A DNA stretch of 26,547 nucleotides from the NCBI GenBank assembly GCA_044346435.1, contig JBIIZE010000001.1, positions 1 to 26,547 of the forward strand, read 5' to 3'. This stretch comes from Burkholderiales bacterium. GTDB taxonomy: Bacteria > Pseudomonadota > Gammaproteobacteria > Burkholderiales > SG8-41. This document shows positions 7,102-15,294 of the stretch, piece by piece; position 1 is the first letter of the stretch, and each line of letters starts with the position of its first letter. The notes below the pieces were generated by a model that was not told the origin of the DNA, did not search any database, and saw only the letters and a program-made list of their open reading frames with translations. The translations under genes and the position numbers were made by a program.

Positions 7102-8453
7102 TGGAACAACTCGCCGACTACGCCATCCGCGAACAGACTTCGAAACTGCCGCCGCAGGTGATCCACCACGCCAAACGCGCGGTGATCGACTGGTACGCTG
7201 CGCTGCTGCCGGGCAGCATCGTCAATCCGGCCGTTCTGATGGAAGAAGCGTTTGCCGAGGATCTGGATCGCGGTCGTGCCCGTCTGGCCACCGGCCGTCG
7301 CGCCACCCTGCGCGCCGCCGCGCTGATCAACGGTGCGGCTTCGCACTCGGTCGAGTTTGATGACATCTACCGCGATGCCGGTTACCACCCGGGCAGCCCG
7401 ACGATTTCGGCGGCGCTGGCCGCGGCACAGGCGTCCGGTGCCTCTGGTGACCGTTTCCTGCGCGGCGTCATCGTCGGCTATGAAATCTCCACGCGTATCG
7501 GCGAAGCGGTGATGCCTTCGCATTACAAGTATTGGCACACCACCGGCACCGTCGGCGCTTTCGGCGCGGCCGCTGCAGCAGCCACCATCCTCGGCGCCAA
7601 CAAGGAACAGTTCATGCACGCGATGGCAACGGTCGGCAGTTTTGCTTCCGGCCTGCAGCAGGCCTTCCGTTCGCAGGCGATGACCAAGCCGCTGCATGGC
7701 GGTCACGCTGCGGACGCCGGCTGCTGGGCGGCAATGGCGGCAATGAAGGGCCTCACCGGCGCGCTCGACATGCTCGAAGGCGAAGTCGGTTTCGGCAATG
7801 CGATGAGCGTGAATCCGGACTGGAGCAAGGCCACAAAGGGACTGGGCGTGGATTACCACATCAACCAGATGACCTTCAAAAACCACGGCTGCTGCGGCCA
7901 TACCTTCCCGTCGATTGACGGCGCGCTGCATCTGCAAAATCAGCACGGCTTCACCCACAAGGATGTGAAACACATCAAGCTGCACACCTACAAGGCCGGA
8001 CTCAACATCATCGACAACAACAATCCCGAAGGCGAGTACCAGGCCAAGTTCAGCATCCAGTACACGGTTGCCCACGCGCTGGTGCGCGGCAGCGTGCGAC
8101 TCAATGCTTTCGATCCCGATCACCTCAGTGATCCCGACGTGCGCGCGCTGCTGAAAAAGATCGAGCCGATCGCCGACCCCGAGATTTCCGCGGGTTATCC
8201 GAACCGCCGCGAATCACGGGTGGAAATCGAATTGAACGACGGTCGCAAGTTCGAACACTTCCAGCCCTATCGCAAGGGTGATCCGGAGCTGCCGCTGACC
8301 GACGATGAGCTGAACGGCAAGTTCACCGAACTCGCCGAGCCGGTGATCGGCAAGGCCGCTGCAGCCTCGCTGCTGAAACAGCTGTGGGATACCGAAAAGC
8401 TGGCCAACGTCGATTACGACACCGGCAGCGGATCGAAGCGCGCTGCGGGCTGA
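7095..8453 (+). CDS. MmgE/PrpD family protein (paralog 2)
   Basis: Motifs NGAASHSVEFDD-x6-HPG, WHTTGTVG, KPLHGGHAA, FKNHGCCGH, AKFSIQY and KGDPELPL. SD AGGAG at 7083-7087. The start overlaps the redoxin stop by 7 nt. Confidence 0.92.
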   Translation: MLMEQLADYAIREQTSKLPPQVIHHAKRAVIDWYAALLPGSIVNPAVLMEEAFAEDLDRGRARLATGRRATLRAAALINGAASHSVEFDDIYRDAGYHPGSPTISAALAAAQASGASGDRFLRGVIVGYEISTRIGEAVMPSHYKYWHTTGTVGAFGAAAAAATILGANKEQFMHAMATVGSFASGLQQAFRSQAMTKPLHGGHAADAGCWAAMAAMKGLTGALDMLEGEVGFGNAMSVNPDWSKATKGLGVDYHINQMTFKNHGCCGHTFPSIDGALHLQNQHGFTHKDVKHIKLHTYKAGLNIIDNNNPEGEYQAKFSIQYTVAHALVRGSVRLNAFDPDHLSDPDVRALLKKIEPIADPEISAGYPNRRESRVEIELNDGRKFEHFQPYRKGDPELPLTDDELNGKFTELAEPVIGKAAAASLLKQLWDTEKLANVDYDTGSGSKRAAG

Positions 8454-8490
8454 TATTCGCGATCACTCAAAACACGCCGGAGGAGCGCCC

Positions 8491-9453
8491 ATGAAAAAAA
8501 CCCTGATGCTGCTGACGCTTGCCGCGATGGTTTCACCGGCAGGGGCAGCAGAATCGTTTCCGGTGCGCCCGATCCGCGTCATCGTGCCCTATGCGCCCGG
8601 CGGCAATGTCGACATTTCGGCACGCATCATCGCGCCGCCGCTGGGTGAAGCTCTCGGACAGACCGTCGTGGTGGACAACCGTCCGGGCGCCGGTGGCAAT
8701 CTTGGCGCTTCATTGGTGGCCAAAGCCACGCCCGACGGTTACACACTGCTCGTCGGATCGAGCGGTCCGCTGTCAGTGAATCCGGTGATTTTCAAAAGCC
8801 TGCCCTATGACACGTTGAAGGATTTCGCGCCGGTCTCGACCGTGCAGGCGGTGCCTCTGGTTGTGCTCGCCGGGCCGAAATCGAATATCAATTCGATTGC
8901 CGACATCATTGCCGCCGCCAAGGCGCGTCCGGGCAAGCTGACAATGGCTTCGGCCGGCGCCGGCACCACCAATCATTTCGCGATTGAACTGTTCGCGCAC
9001 ATGGCCAATGTGAAACTGCTGCATGTGCCGTACAAAGGCAGCGGTCCTGCGCTGTCGGAGCTGCTCGGCGGACAGGTTGAAACCATGATCGATCAACTGG
9101 CGGCCTCCATCGGTTATGTACGCGACGGCCGTCTCAAGGTACTGGCAGTGACCACGCAACAACGTGCGGCAGCGCTGCCGAATGTACCGACACTGGAAGA
9201 ACTGGGTTACAAGGGTTATCAGGCAGCGACACTGCTGGGCCTGCTGGCCCCCGCCGGCACACCCAAACCGGTCGTGGCAAAACTCAATGCCGGCGTACGC
9301 AAGATCATGGAAAACAATGCTGTGGCGGAACGTTTCCGCGGGCTCGGCGCCAACCCCGGCGCGAGTTCTCCCGAGGAGTTCACCACCCGCATCCGCGATG
9401 AACTGGAACAGTGGCGGACGCTGGTCAAACAGCTCAACCTGAAATTCGAATAA
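8491..9453 (+). CDS. Bug/TctC family tripartite tricarboxylate transporter substrate-binding protein
   Basis: Signal peptide; motifs PIRVIVPYAPGGNVD, VVDNRPGAGG, PDGYTLL and HVPYKGSGPA. SD GGAGGAG. Confidence 0.95.
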   Translation: MKKTLMLLTLAAMVSPAGAAESFPVRPIRVIVPYAPGGNVDISARIIAPPLGEALGQTVVVDNRPGAGGNLGASLVAKATPDGYTLLVGSSGPLSVNPVIFKSLPYDTLKDFAPVSTVQAVPLVVLAGPKSNINSIADIIAAAKARPGKLTMASAGAGTTNHFAIELFAHMANVKLLHVPYKGSGPALSELLGGQVETMIDQLAASIGYVRDGRLKVLAVTTQQRAAALPNVPTLEELGYKGYQAATLLGLLAPAGTPKPVVAKLNAGVRKIMENNAVAERFRGLGANPGASSPEEFTTRIRDELEQWRTLVKQLNLKFE

Positions 9454-9471
9454 CCGTTTGAGGAATCCCTG

Positions 9472-10377
9472 ATGAGCAAGATTATCCTGCGTCAAACTGC
9501 AAAGCTGCGCGAGCTGCTGGCGCGCCCCGGCTGTATCGTCGCCCCCGGCGTCGCCGACGCCTTCGGTGCGCGACTGGTAAAGATGGAAGGTTTTGATGCG
9601 GTGTACATGACCGGCTTCGGCACCAGCCTGACGCGGCTGGGCATGCCCGACGTCGGCCTGCTCACCGCAACCGAGATGATCGACAACGCCAGCCGCATCG
9701 CCGAAGCCTCGGAGCTGCCGGTCATCGCCGACGCTGACACCGGTTACGGCAATCCGATCAACACGCGACGCACCATCCGCGATTACGAAAAAGCCGGTGT
9801 CGCCGGCGTGCACCTTGAAGACCAGGCCTGGCCCAAACGCTGCGGCCACCTCGCCGGCAAACGCGTGATCCCGACCGCGGAAATGGTCGCCAAGATCAAG
9901 GCGGCTTGCGATGCACGGCGCGACGATGATTTCGTCATCATCACCCGCACCGACGCGATTGCCATTGAAGGCCTGGATGCCGCACTGGAGCGCGGTGAAC
10001 GTTACCGTGAAGCCGGCGCCGACGTGCTGTTCATCGAAGCGCCGGTGGGGCGCGAGCAGGTCGAGATCGTATCGAAACGCTTCAAGGGCGTGCCGTTGCT
10101 CTACAACATGGCCGCCAGCGGCAAGACGCCGGATCTGCCTGCGGACGAACTCGCCAAGCTGGGCTTCAAACTGGCGATTTATCCGAACTGGATGCTGCTG
10201 GCCGCAATCCCGGCGATGCAGAACCTGCTGCGCGAACTGAAAAAGACCGGCTCCATCGCCCATATGCGCGACAAGGTCGCGAACTTCAAACAGTTCACCG
10301 ACATCGCCGGCCTGCCCGAAATCCAGGAACTCGAAAACCGCTACGGCCTGCCTGAAGACCAGCGCGCCGGGCTCTGA
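9472..10377 (+). CDS. Isocitrate lyase/PEP mutase family protein (C-C lyase type: methylisocitrate/dimethylmalate lyase- or oxaloacetate hydrolase-like)
   Basis: Motifs YMTGFG, PVIADADTGYG, HLEDQ..PKRCGHLAGK and ITRTDA. SD GAGG. Confidence 0.92.
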   Translation: MSKIILRQTAKLRELLARPGCIVAPGVADAFGARLVKMEGFDAVYMTGFGTSLTRLGMPDVGLLTATEMIDNASRIAEASELPVIADADTGYGNPINTRRTIRDYEKAGVAGVHLEDQAWPKRCGHLAGKRVIPTAEMVAKIKAACDARRDDDFVIITRTDAIAIEGLDAALERGERYREAGADVLFIEAPVGREQVEIVSKRFKGVPLLYNMAASGKTPDLPADELAKLGFKLAIYPNWMLLAAIPAMQNLLRELKKTGSIAHMRDKVANFKQFTDIAGLPEIQELENRYGLPEDQRAGL

Positions 10378-10387
10378 TGCACGTGGC

Positions 10388-12145
10388 ATGACGTTCACCG
10401 CGCGGCGCTTTTCCCTGCTGGCCGTCGCGGCCGCGCTGTGGGCTGCGTCGAGCCTGCCCTTGCAGGCGCAGACCGACCGGCCCTCACAGCCGGAACCGGC
10501 CGGCAGCCGCAGCGAGAAACAACTCGCGCACGCCTCGCGTTACATGGTTGCTGCCGCGCATCCGCTCGCGGTGGATGCAGGCCTGCAAATGCTTGAGGCC
10601 GGCGGCACGGCTGTAGATGCCATGATTGCGGTGCAACTGGTGCTGAACCTGGTTGAACCGCATGCCTCGGGGCTGGGCGGCGGCGCTTTCCTGCTGCACT
10701 TTGATGCACGCACCCGCGATGTGCGCGCTTACGACGGCCGCGAAACCGCACCCGCTGCGGCATCACCTGAATTGTTCTTGCGTGACGGCAGCCCCATGGC
10801 CTTCCGCGATGCCGTCAGCGGCGGTCGCTCGGTGGGCACGCCGGGTGTTGCCCGCCTGCTTGAAACCGCACATCGCAAACACGGCCGCTTGCCCTGGGCT
10901 TCCCTGTTTCAGCCTGCGATCGCGCTCGCCGAAAATGGATTTCCGCTGTCTGCGCGTGTACATACCTTGCTGCTGCGCGACCGTGCCATCGTTGGCGAGG
11001 CCGCAGCCCGCAACTATTTCCTGCAGACGGATGGAAGCCCCAAACCCGCCGGCACCCTGCTGCGCAATCCTGAATTCGCGCGCACGCTGCGTGCGATTGC
11101 AGCCGGCGGCGCCGATGTGTTCTATCGTGGTGACATCGCCCGCGCGATGGTCACGGCGGTGCGCGGCCATGCCGCCAATCCCGGCCTGTTGAGTGAAGCC
11201 GATCTTGCCGCGTATCAAATACGGGAGGTCGACGCACTGTGCGGACCGTACCGCGCCTACCGCATCTGCGGCATGCCACCGTCGTCATCCGGCGGCATCG
11301 CCGTGCTGCAGATGCTGGGCCTGCTGTCGGCACAGAATCTGTCTGGCGTTAAACCCGGTTCCACGCAGGCGGTTCATCTGCTGGCCGAGGCGGGACGCCT
11401 TGCCTATGCCGACCGTAACCGCTGGGTGGCCGATGATCGTTTTGTCGAAGTACCGGTGCGCGGCCTGCTCGACCCGGCGTATCTCGCAGCGCGGGCGCGG
11501 CTGATTCAGCCCGACCGTTCCATGGGCAGGGCTGAAGCAGGCCGGCCGCCGGGCGCTGCGCTGGTCTATGCCGATGATCCGGTCGAGGAAGTCGCCGGCA
11601 CCAGCCATGTCGCCATTGTCGACGGCGACGGCAATGCGGTATCGCTGACCACGACCATCGAAAACTTTTTCGGCAGCCGGATCATGGTCGGCGGTTTTCT
11701 GCTGAACAACCAGCTCACCGACTTCAATTTCAATCCGGTCGAATCAGGGCGGCCTGTGGCCAATGCGGTGGCGCCGGGCAAACGGCCACGCAGCTCGATG
11801 GCGCCGACACTGGTGTTCCGCGACAACGGCGAGCTGCATCTGGTGCTGGGTTCGCCGGGCGGCAGCCGGATCATCAATTACGTGGCGAAGACGCTGATTG
11901 CAACCCTGGACTGGAATCTCGACATTCAGGCGGCAATCGCCCTGCCGAACACCGGTAGTCGCAACGGTCCGACGGAAATCGAGCGCGGCACCGAAGCCGA
12001 AACGCTGGCGGCGCCGCTGCGTGCCATGGGACACATCGTGGAAATTTCCGACATGACCAGCGGTCTGCACGGCATCATGCGGGATGGCAAGGGTTGGCAG
12101 GGCGGCGCAGATCCGCGCCGCGAAGGTATCGCGAAGGGACGGTAA
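10388..12145 (+). CDS. ggt: Gamma-glutamyltransferase (periplasmic, Ntn hydrolase)
   Basis: Signal peptide; motifs GGTAVDA, EPHASGLGGG, DGRETAP, autocleavage Thr in TSHVAIVD, TTTIE..FGS, NNQLTDF, KRPRSSMAPT and GSPGGSRI. Confidence 0.95.
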   Translation: MTFTARRFSLLAVAAALWAASSLPLQAQTDRPSQPEPAGSRSEKQLAHASRYMVAAAHPLAVDAGLQMLEAGGTAVDAMIAVQLVLNLVEPHASGLGGGAFLLHFDARTRDVRAYDGRETAPAAASPELFLRDGSPMAFRDAVSGGRSVGTPGVARLLETAHRKHGRLPWASLFQPAIALAENGFPLSARVHTLLLRDRAIVGEAAARNYFLQTDGSPKPAGTLLRNPEFARTLRAIAAGGADVFYRGDIARAMVTAVRGHAANPGLLSEADLAAYQIREVDALCGPYRAYRICGMPPSSSGGIAVLQMLGLLSAQNLSGVKPGSTQAVHLLAEAGRLAYADRNRWVADDRFVEVPVRGLLDPAYLAARARLIQPDRSMGRAEAGRPPGAALVYADDPVEEVAGTSHVAIVDGDGNAVSLTTTIENFFGSRIMVGGFLLNNQLTDFNFNPVESGRPVANAVAPGKRPRSSMAPTLVFRDNGELHLVLGSPGGSRIINYVAKTLIATLDWNLDIQAAIALPNTGSRNGPTEIERGTEAETLAAPLRAMGHIVEISDMTSGLHGIMRDGKGWQGGADPRREGIAKGR

Positions 12146-12175
12146 CACTGAAATGCATGACATGAGGACACTGCA

Positions 12176-13588
12176 ATGGCATTGACGATGTTCGACAAAA
12201 TCTGGAACAGCCACGTCATCCTGGAAAAACCGGGTGGCGACGCGCTGCTGCACATCGACCGCAACTTTGTGCACGAAGGCTCCTTCCATGCCTTCGGCGC
12301 GCTGGCCAAGGAAGGCCGCAAGGTGCGCAAGCCGCGGCAGAACTTCGCCGTGGCCGATCACTATGTGCCGACCGTCGGCCGCGAACGCGGTGTCGAAGCC
12401 GCAGAAGATGCCGATGCGCGCAACATGATCCGGCTGCTCGAGGAAAACTGCCGCGTCAACGACATCGCCCATTACGGCATTGACGACGAACGCCAGGGCA
12501 TCGTTCATGTCATCGGCCCGGAACTCGGCCTCACCCAGCCCGGACTGACCATCACCTGCGGCGATTCGCACACCTCGACACACGGCGCGCTGGGCGCTTA
12601 CGCCTTCGGCACCGGGGCATCGCAGCTGAAACAGATTCTCGCGACGCAGTGCCTGTGGCTGAAGCGGCCGAAAACCCTGCGTATCGTCGTCAACGGCCGG
12701 CTCGCGCCGGGCGTCACCGGCAAGGATGTGGTGCTGGCGATCATCGCAAAAATCGGCACTGCCGGCGCCACCGGCCATGTCATCGAATTCGCGGGATCGG
12801 CGATCAGCAGCCTGACGGTCGAAGGCCGGCTGACCGTGTGCAACATGGCGATCGAAGCCGGCGGTCGCGCCGGCATGATCGCGCCCGATGACAAGGTCTA
12901 TGAATATCTGCACGGCCGCGAGTTCTCGCCCAAGGGCGCTGATTGGGACCGCGCGCTGGCGCAATGGCGCACCCTGCCCTCGGATGACGGCGCACGCTTC
13001 GACCGCGAAGTCACGCTCGACGGCGCCAAACTCGAACCGATGCTGACCTGGGGCACCAGCCCCGAGGAAGCACTGCCGGTCAGCGGCCGCATTCCCGATC
13101 CGAAATCGCTGGGGGACGCCAACCAGCGCGCACACGCCGAGCAGGCGCTGGCCTATATGGACTTGAAGCCCGGCATGGCACTGACCGACATCAAGATCGA
13201 TCGCGCCTTCATCGGCAGCTGCACCAATGGCCGCATTGAAGACCTGCGCGCCGCCGCCGCGGTGCTCAAAGGCCGCAAAGCGGTCATTCAAGCCTGGGTG
13301 TCTCCGGGTTCCACCGCGCTGAAACGCCAGGCCGAGGCCGAAGGTCTGGACAAGATCTTCCTCGATGCCGGTGTCGAATGGCGCGCCTCCGGCTGCTCCA
13401 GCTGTGCGGCAATGAACGGCGACAAGGTGCCGCCGGGCATGCGCAGTGCATCGACATCCAACCGCAATTTCGAAGGCCGCCAAGGCAAGGGCGCGCGCAC
13501 CCACCTGATGAGCCCGGCGATGACGGCGGCCGCCATCGTCACCGGCCGCGTCACCGACGTACGCACGCTTGCCGCGGGGAAACATTGA
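12176..13588 (+). CDS. leuC: 3-isopropylmalate dehydratase large subunit-like (divergent LeuC paralog; aconitase family 4Fe-4S hydratase)
   Basis: Motifs GIVHVIGPE, CGDSHTSTHG, FIGSCTNGRIEDLR, GCSSCAAMN and STSNRNFEGRQG. Three cluster Cys are present. Probably not the biosynthetic copy (see findings). Confidence 0.88.
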   Translation: MALTMFDKIWNSHVILEKPGGDALLHIDRNFVHEGSFHAFGALAKEGRKVRKPRQNFAVADHYVPTVGRERGVEAAEDADARNMIRLLEENCRVNDIAHYGIDDERQGIVHVIGPELGLTQPGLTITCGDSHTSTHGALGAYAFGTGASQLKQILATQCLWLKRPKTLRIVVNGRLAPGVTGKDVVLAIIAKIGTAGATGHVIEFAGSAISSLTVEGRLTVCNMAIEAGGRAGMIAPDDKVYEYLHGREFSPKGADWDRALAQWRTLPSDDGARFDREVTLDGAKLEPMLTWGTSPEEALPVSGRIPDPKSLGDANQRAHAEQALAYMDLKPGMALTDIKIDRAFIGSCTNGRIEDLRAAAAVLKGRKAVIQAWVSPGSTALKRQAEAEGLDKIFLDAGVEWRASGCSSCAAMNGDKVPPGMRSASTSNRNFEGRQGKGARTHLMSPAMTAAAIVTGRVTDVRTLAAGKH

Positions 13589-13656
13589 ATCCTTCTTGAA
13601 GAATGACAAAAACATGCCTCTGACGAGGCTGTCATATTTTTGGAAAATTGACTCTC

Positions 13657-14271
13657 ATGAAACCGTTCACCACACTGACCGCCGTCGCCGCCCCCATCGA
13701 AATGGCGAATATCGACACCGACCGCGTGATCCCCGTGCGTTTCCTACGCAAGCTGCGCAGCGACAAGGCGGGTTACGACCCTTATCTGTTCCATGACATG
13801 CGTTTTGACAACGATGGCAAGGAAAAACCGGACTTCATACTCAACCAGCCGGCCTACCGCAAGGCCGGTATCCTCGTCGCCGGCGCCAATTTCGGCTGCG
13901 GCTCTTCGCGCGAAGGCGCGGTGTACGCGCTGCTCGACTACGGCATCCGCGCGGTGATTGCCCCGTCTTTCGGCGACATTCATTACGCCAACGAGCTGCA
14001 GAACGGCATGCTGCCGGTGATCCTGCCCGAGGAAATCTGCCGCGGGCTGCGCGACCAGCTGCGCGCCAAACCCGGCGCCACGCTGGCGATCGACCTGCCC
14101 GCACAAACCGTCATCGACACCGAGGGTACTGCCCACCCCTTTACCATCGACCCGGTCTACAAGGAACGCCTGCTCAAAGGTCTGGACGACATTGGCCTGG
14201 TGCTGGAAAACAAGCCGGCCATCGAAAGCTTCGAGCACGATTACCACGCCCAGCGGCCCTGGCTGGCCTGA
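13657..14271 (+). CDS. leuD: 3-isopropylmalate dehydratase small subunit-like (divergent LeuD paralog)
   Basis: Motifs NIDTD..IP..FL, NFGCGSSRE, IAPSFGDI...N...NG.LP and L.GLDDIGL. Start placed at ATG 13657. Confidence 0.88.
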   Translation: MKPFTTLTAVAAPIEMANIDTDRVIPVRFLRKLRSDKAGYDPYLFHDMRFDNDGKEKPDFILNQPAYRKAGILVAGANFGCGSSREGAVYALLDYGIRAVIAPSFGDIHYANELQNGMLPVILPEEICRGLRDQLRAKPGATLAIDLPAQTVIDTEGTAHPFTIDPVYKERLLKGLDDIGLVLENKPAIESFEHDYHAQRPWLA

Positions 14272-14297
14272 GCGGAGGCGGGTCAATCCGCATCCGC
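14272..14297. other. GC-rich stem-loop between leuD-like gene and corA
   Basis: GCGGAG-GCGGG-TCAA-TCCGC-ATCCGC forms about 10 bp with one mismatch and one G.U pair, and has no U-tract. It may mark the end of the catabolic transcript. Confidence 0.35.
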
Positions 14298-14328
14298 TGC
14301 GTTATCATCGGCGCGAAGGAGAACGGAC

Positions 14329-15294
14329 ATGCTGGTCAACAGCGTTGCATATCGGGACGGCAAAAAAATCGCGGACATCACCCGCGATGAAATCAGTACG
14401 TACCTCGATCGCAACGACTGCATCGTCTGGGTCGCGGTGCGCGACCCCGAACCGCATGAACTTGATCTGCTTGAAGAAGAATTCAAGCTGCACCCGCTGG
14501 CGATTGAAGATGCGCGCCACGGTCATCAACGGCCGAAATTCGAGGAATACGGCGACTCGCTGTTTTTCGTGATGCACATGATCGAACCCGATGGCGACGA
14601 GTTGCGCGTCGGTGAGGTCGAGGTTTTTGTCGCAAAAAATTACGTGCTGTCGGTACGCAGCCGCAGCGAACGGAACTTCGCCGATGTACGCGCGCGCTGC
14701 GAGCGTGAACCCGAACTGCTGCAACACGGCACCGGCTACATCCTTTACGCGCTGATGGATGCGGTGGTTGACCGCTATTTCCCGATCCTCGACAGCATCG
14801 AAACCCAACTCGAGAACATCGAGGACCGCATCTTTGCCGGCACGTCCCCCAAGGCGAACATCGAGGCGCTGTACGGCATCAAGCAGGATCTGGTCACGCT
14901 GAAACACGCCACCGCGCCGCTGCTGGAGGCCGTGGGCAAGCTGCACGGCGGACGCGTGCCGCATCTGTGCACCGGCCTCGGCGATTATTTCCGCGACGTC
15001 TCCGACCATCTGGGGCGCATCAACCAGAGCATTGACGCCGCGCGCGACATGATCACCACCGCGATCTCGGTCAATCTGTCGCTGATCACACTGCAGGAAA
15101 ACGAAGTCACCAAACGCCTGGCAGGTTACGCCGCCCTGGTTGCCGTGCCGACGCTGATCGCCGGCATCTACGGCATGAACTTCGATCACATGCCGGAGCT
15201 GCGCTGGCAATGGGGCTACCCGCTGTCGCTGGCGGCGATGGTGATCATCGACGGTTATCTGTTCTGGCGCTTCCGCAAGGCCAAGTGGCTTTAG
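14329..15294 (+). CDS. corA: CorA family Mg2+/Co2+ transporter
   Basis: Motifs HPLAIEDA....QRPKFEEY, LMDAVVDRYFP and the signature GIYGMNF..MPEL.W.WGYP, with two C-terminal TM helices. SD AAGGAG. Confidence 0.95.
   Translation: MLVNSVAYRDGKKIADITRDEISTYLDRNDCIVWVAVRDPEPHELDLLEEEFKLHPLAIEDARHGHQRPKFEEYGDSLFFVMHMIEPDGDELRVGEVEVFVAKNYVLSVRSRSERNFADVRARCEREPELLQHGTGYILYALMDAVVDRYFPILDSIETQLENIEDRIFAGTSPKANIEALYGIKQDLVTLKHATAPLLEAVGKLHGGRVPHLCTGLGDYFRDVSDHLGRINQSIDAARDMITTAISVNLSLITLQENEVTKRLAGYAALVAVPTLIAGIYGMNFDHMPELRWQWGYPLSLAAMVIIDGYLFWRFRKAKWL

Noticed and set aside
1260-8374. Exact 21-nt direct repeat GGCCGCTGCAGCCTCGCTGCT at 1260-1280 and 8354-8374
   Set aside because: Both copies encode an Ala-rich AAASLL run in coding frame at non-homologous positions. 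There are no mobile-element hallmarks, so convergent codon use is the likely cause.
10388-10411. Twin-arginine (ARRFSL) in the GGT signal peptide
   Set aside because: It does not fit the S/T-R-R-x-F-L-K consensus well, and a Sec-type signal explains it adequately.
12145-12178. Near-direct repeat ACACTG(A/C)AATG twice in the ggt-leuC spacer
   Set aside because: Only 11 bp, and the second copy contains the start codon. It is too short to support a function.
13619-13646. CTGACGAG...GAAA resembling a hammerhead ribozyme core (CTGACGAG also occurs at 2167)
   Set aside because: Stem II cannot form (the closing pair would be G-G), stems I and III are not evident, and the 2167 copy has no GAAA.
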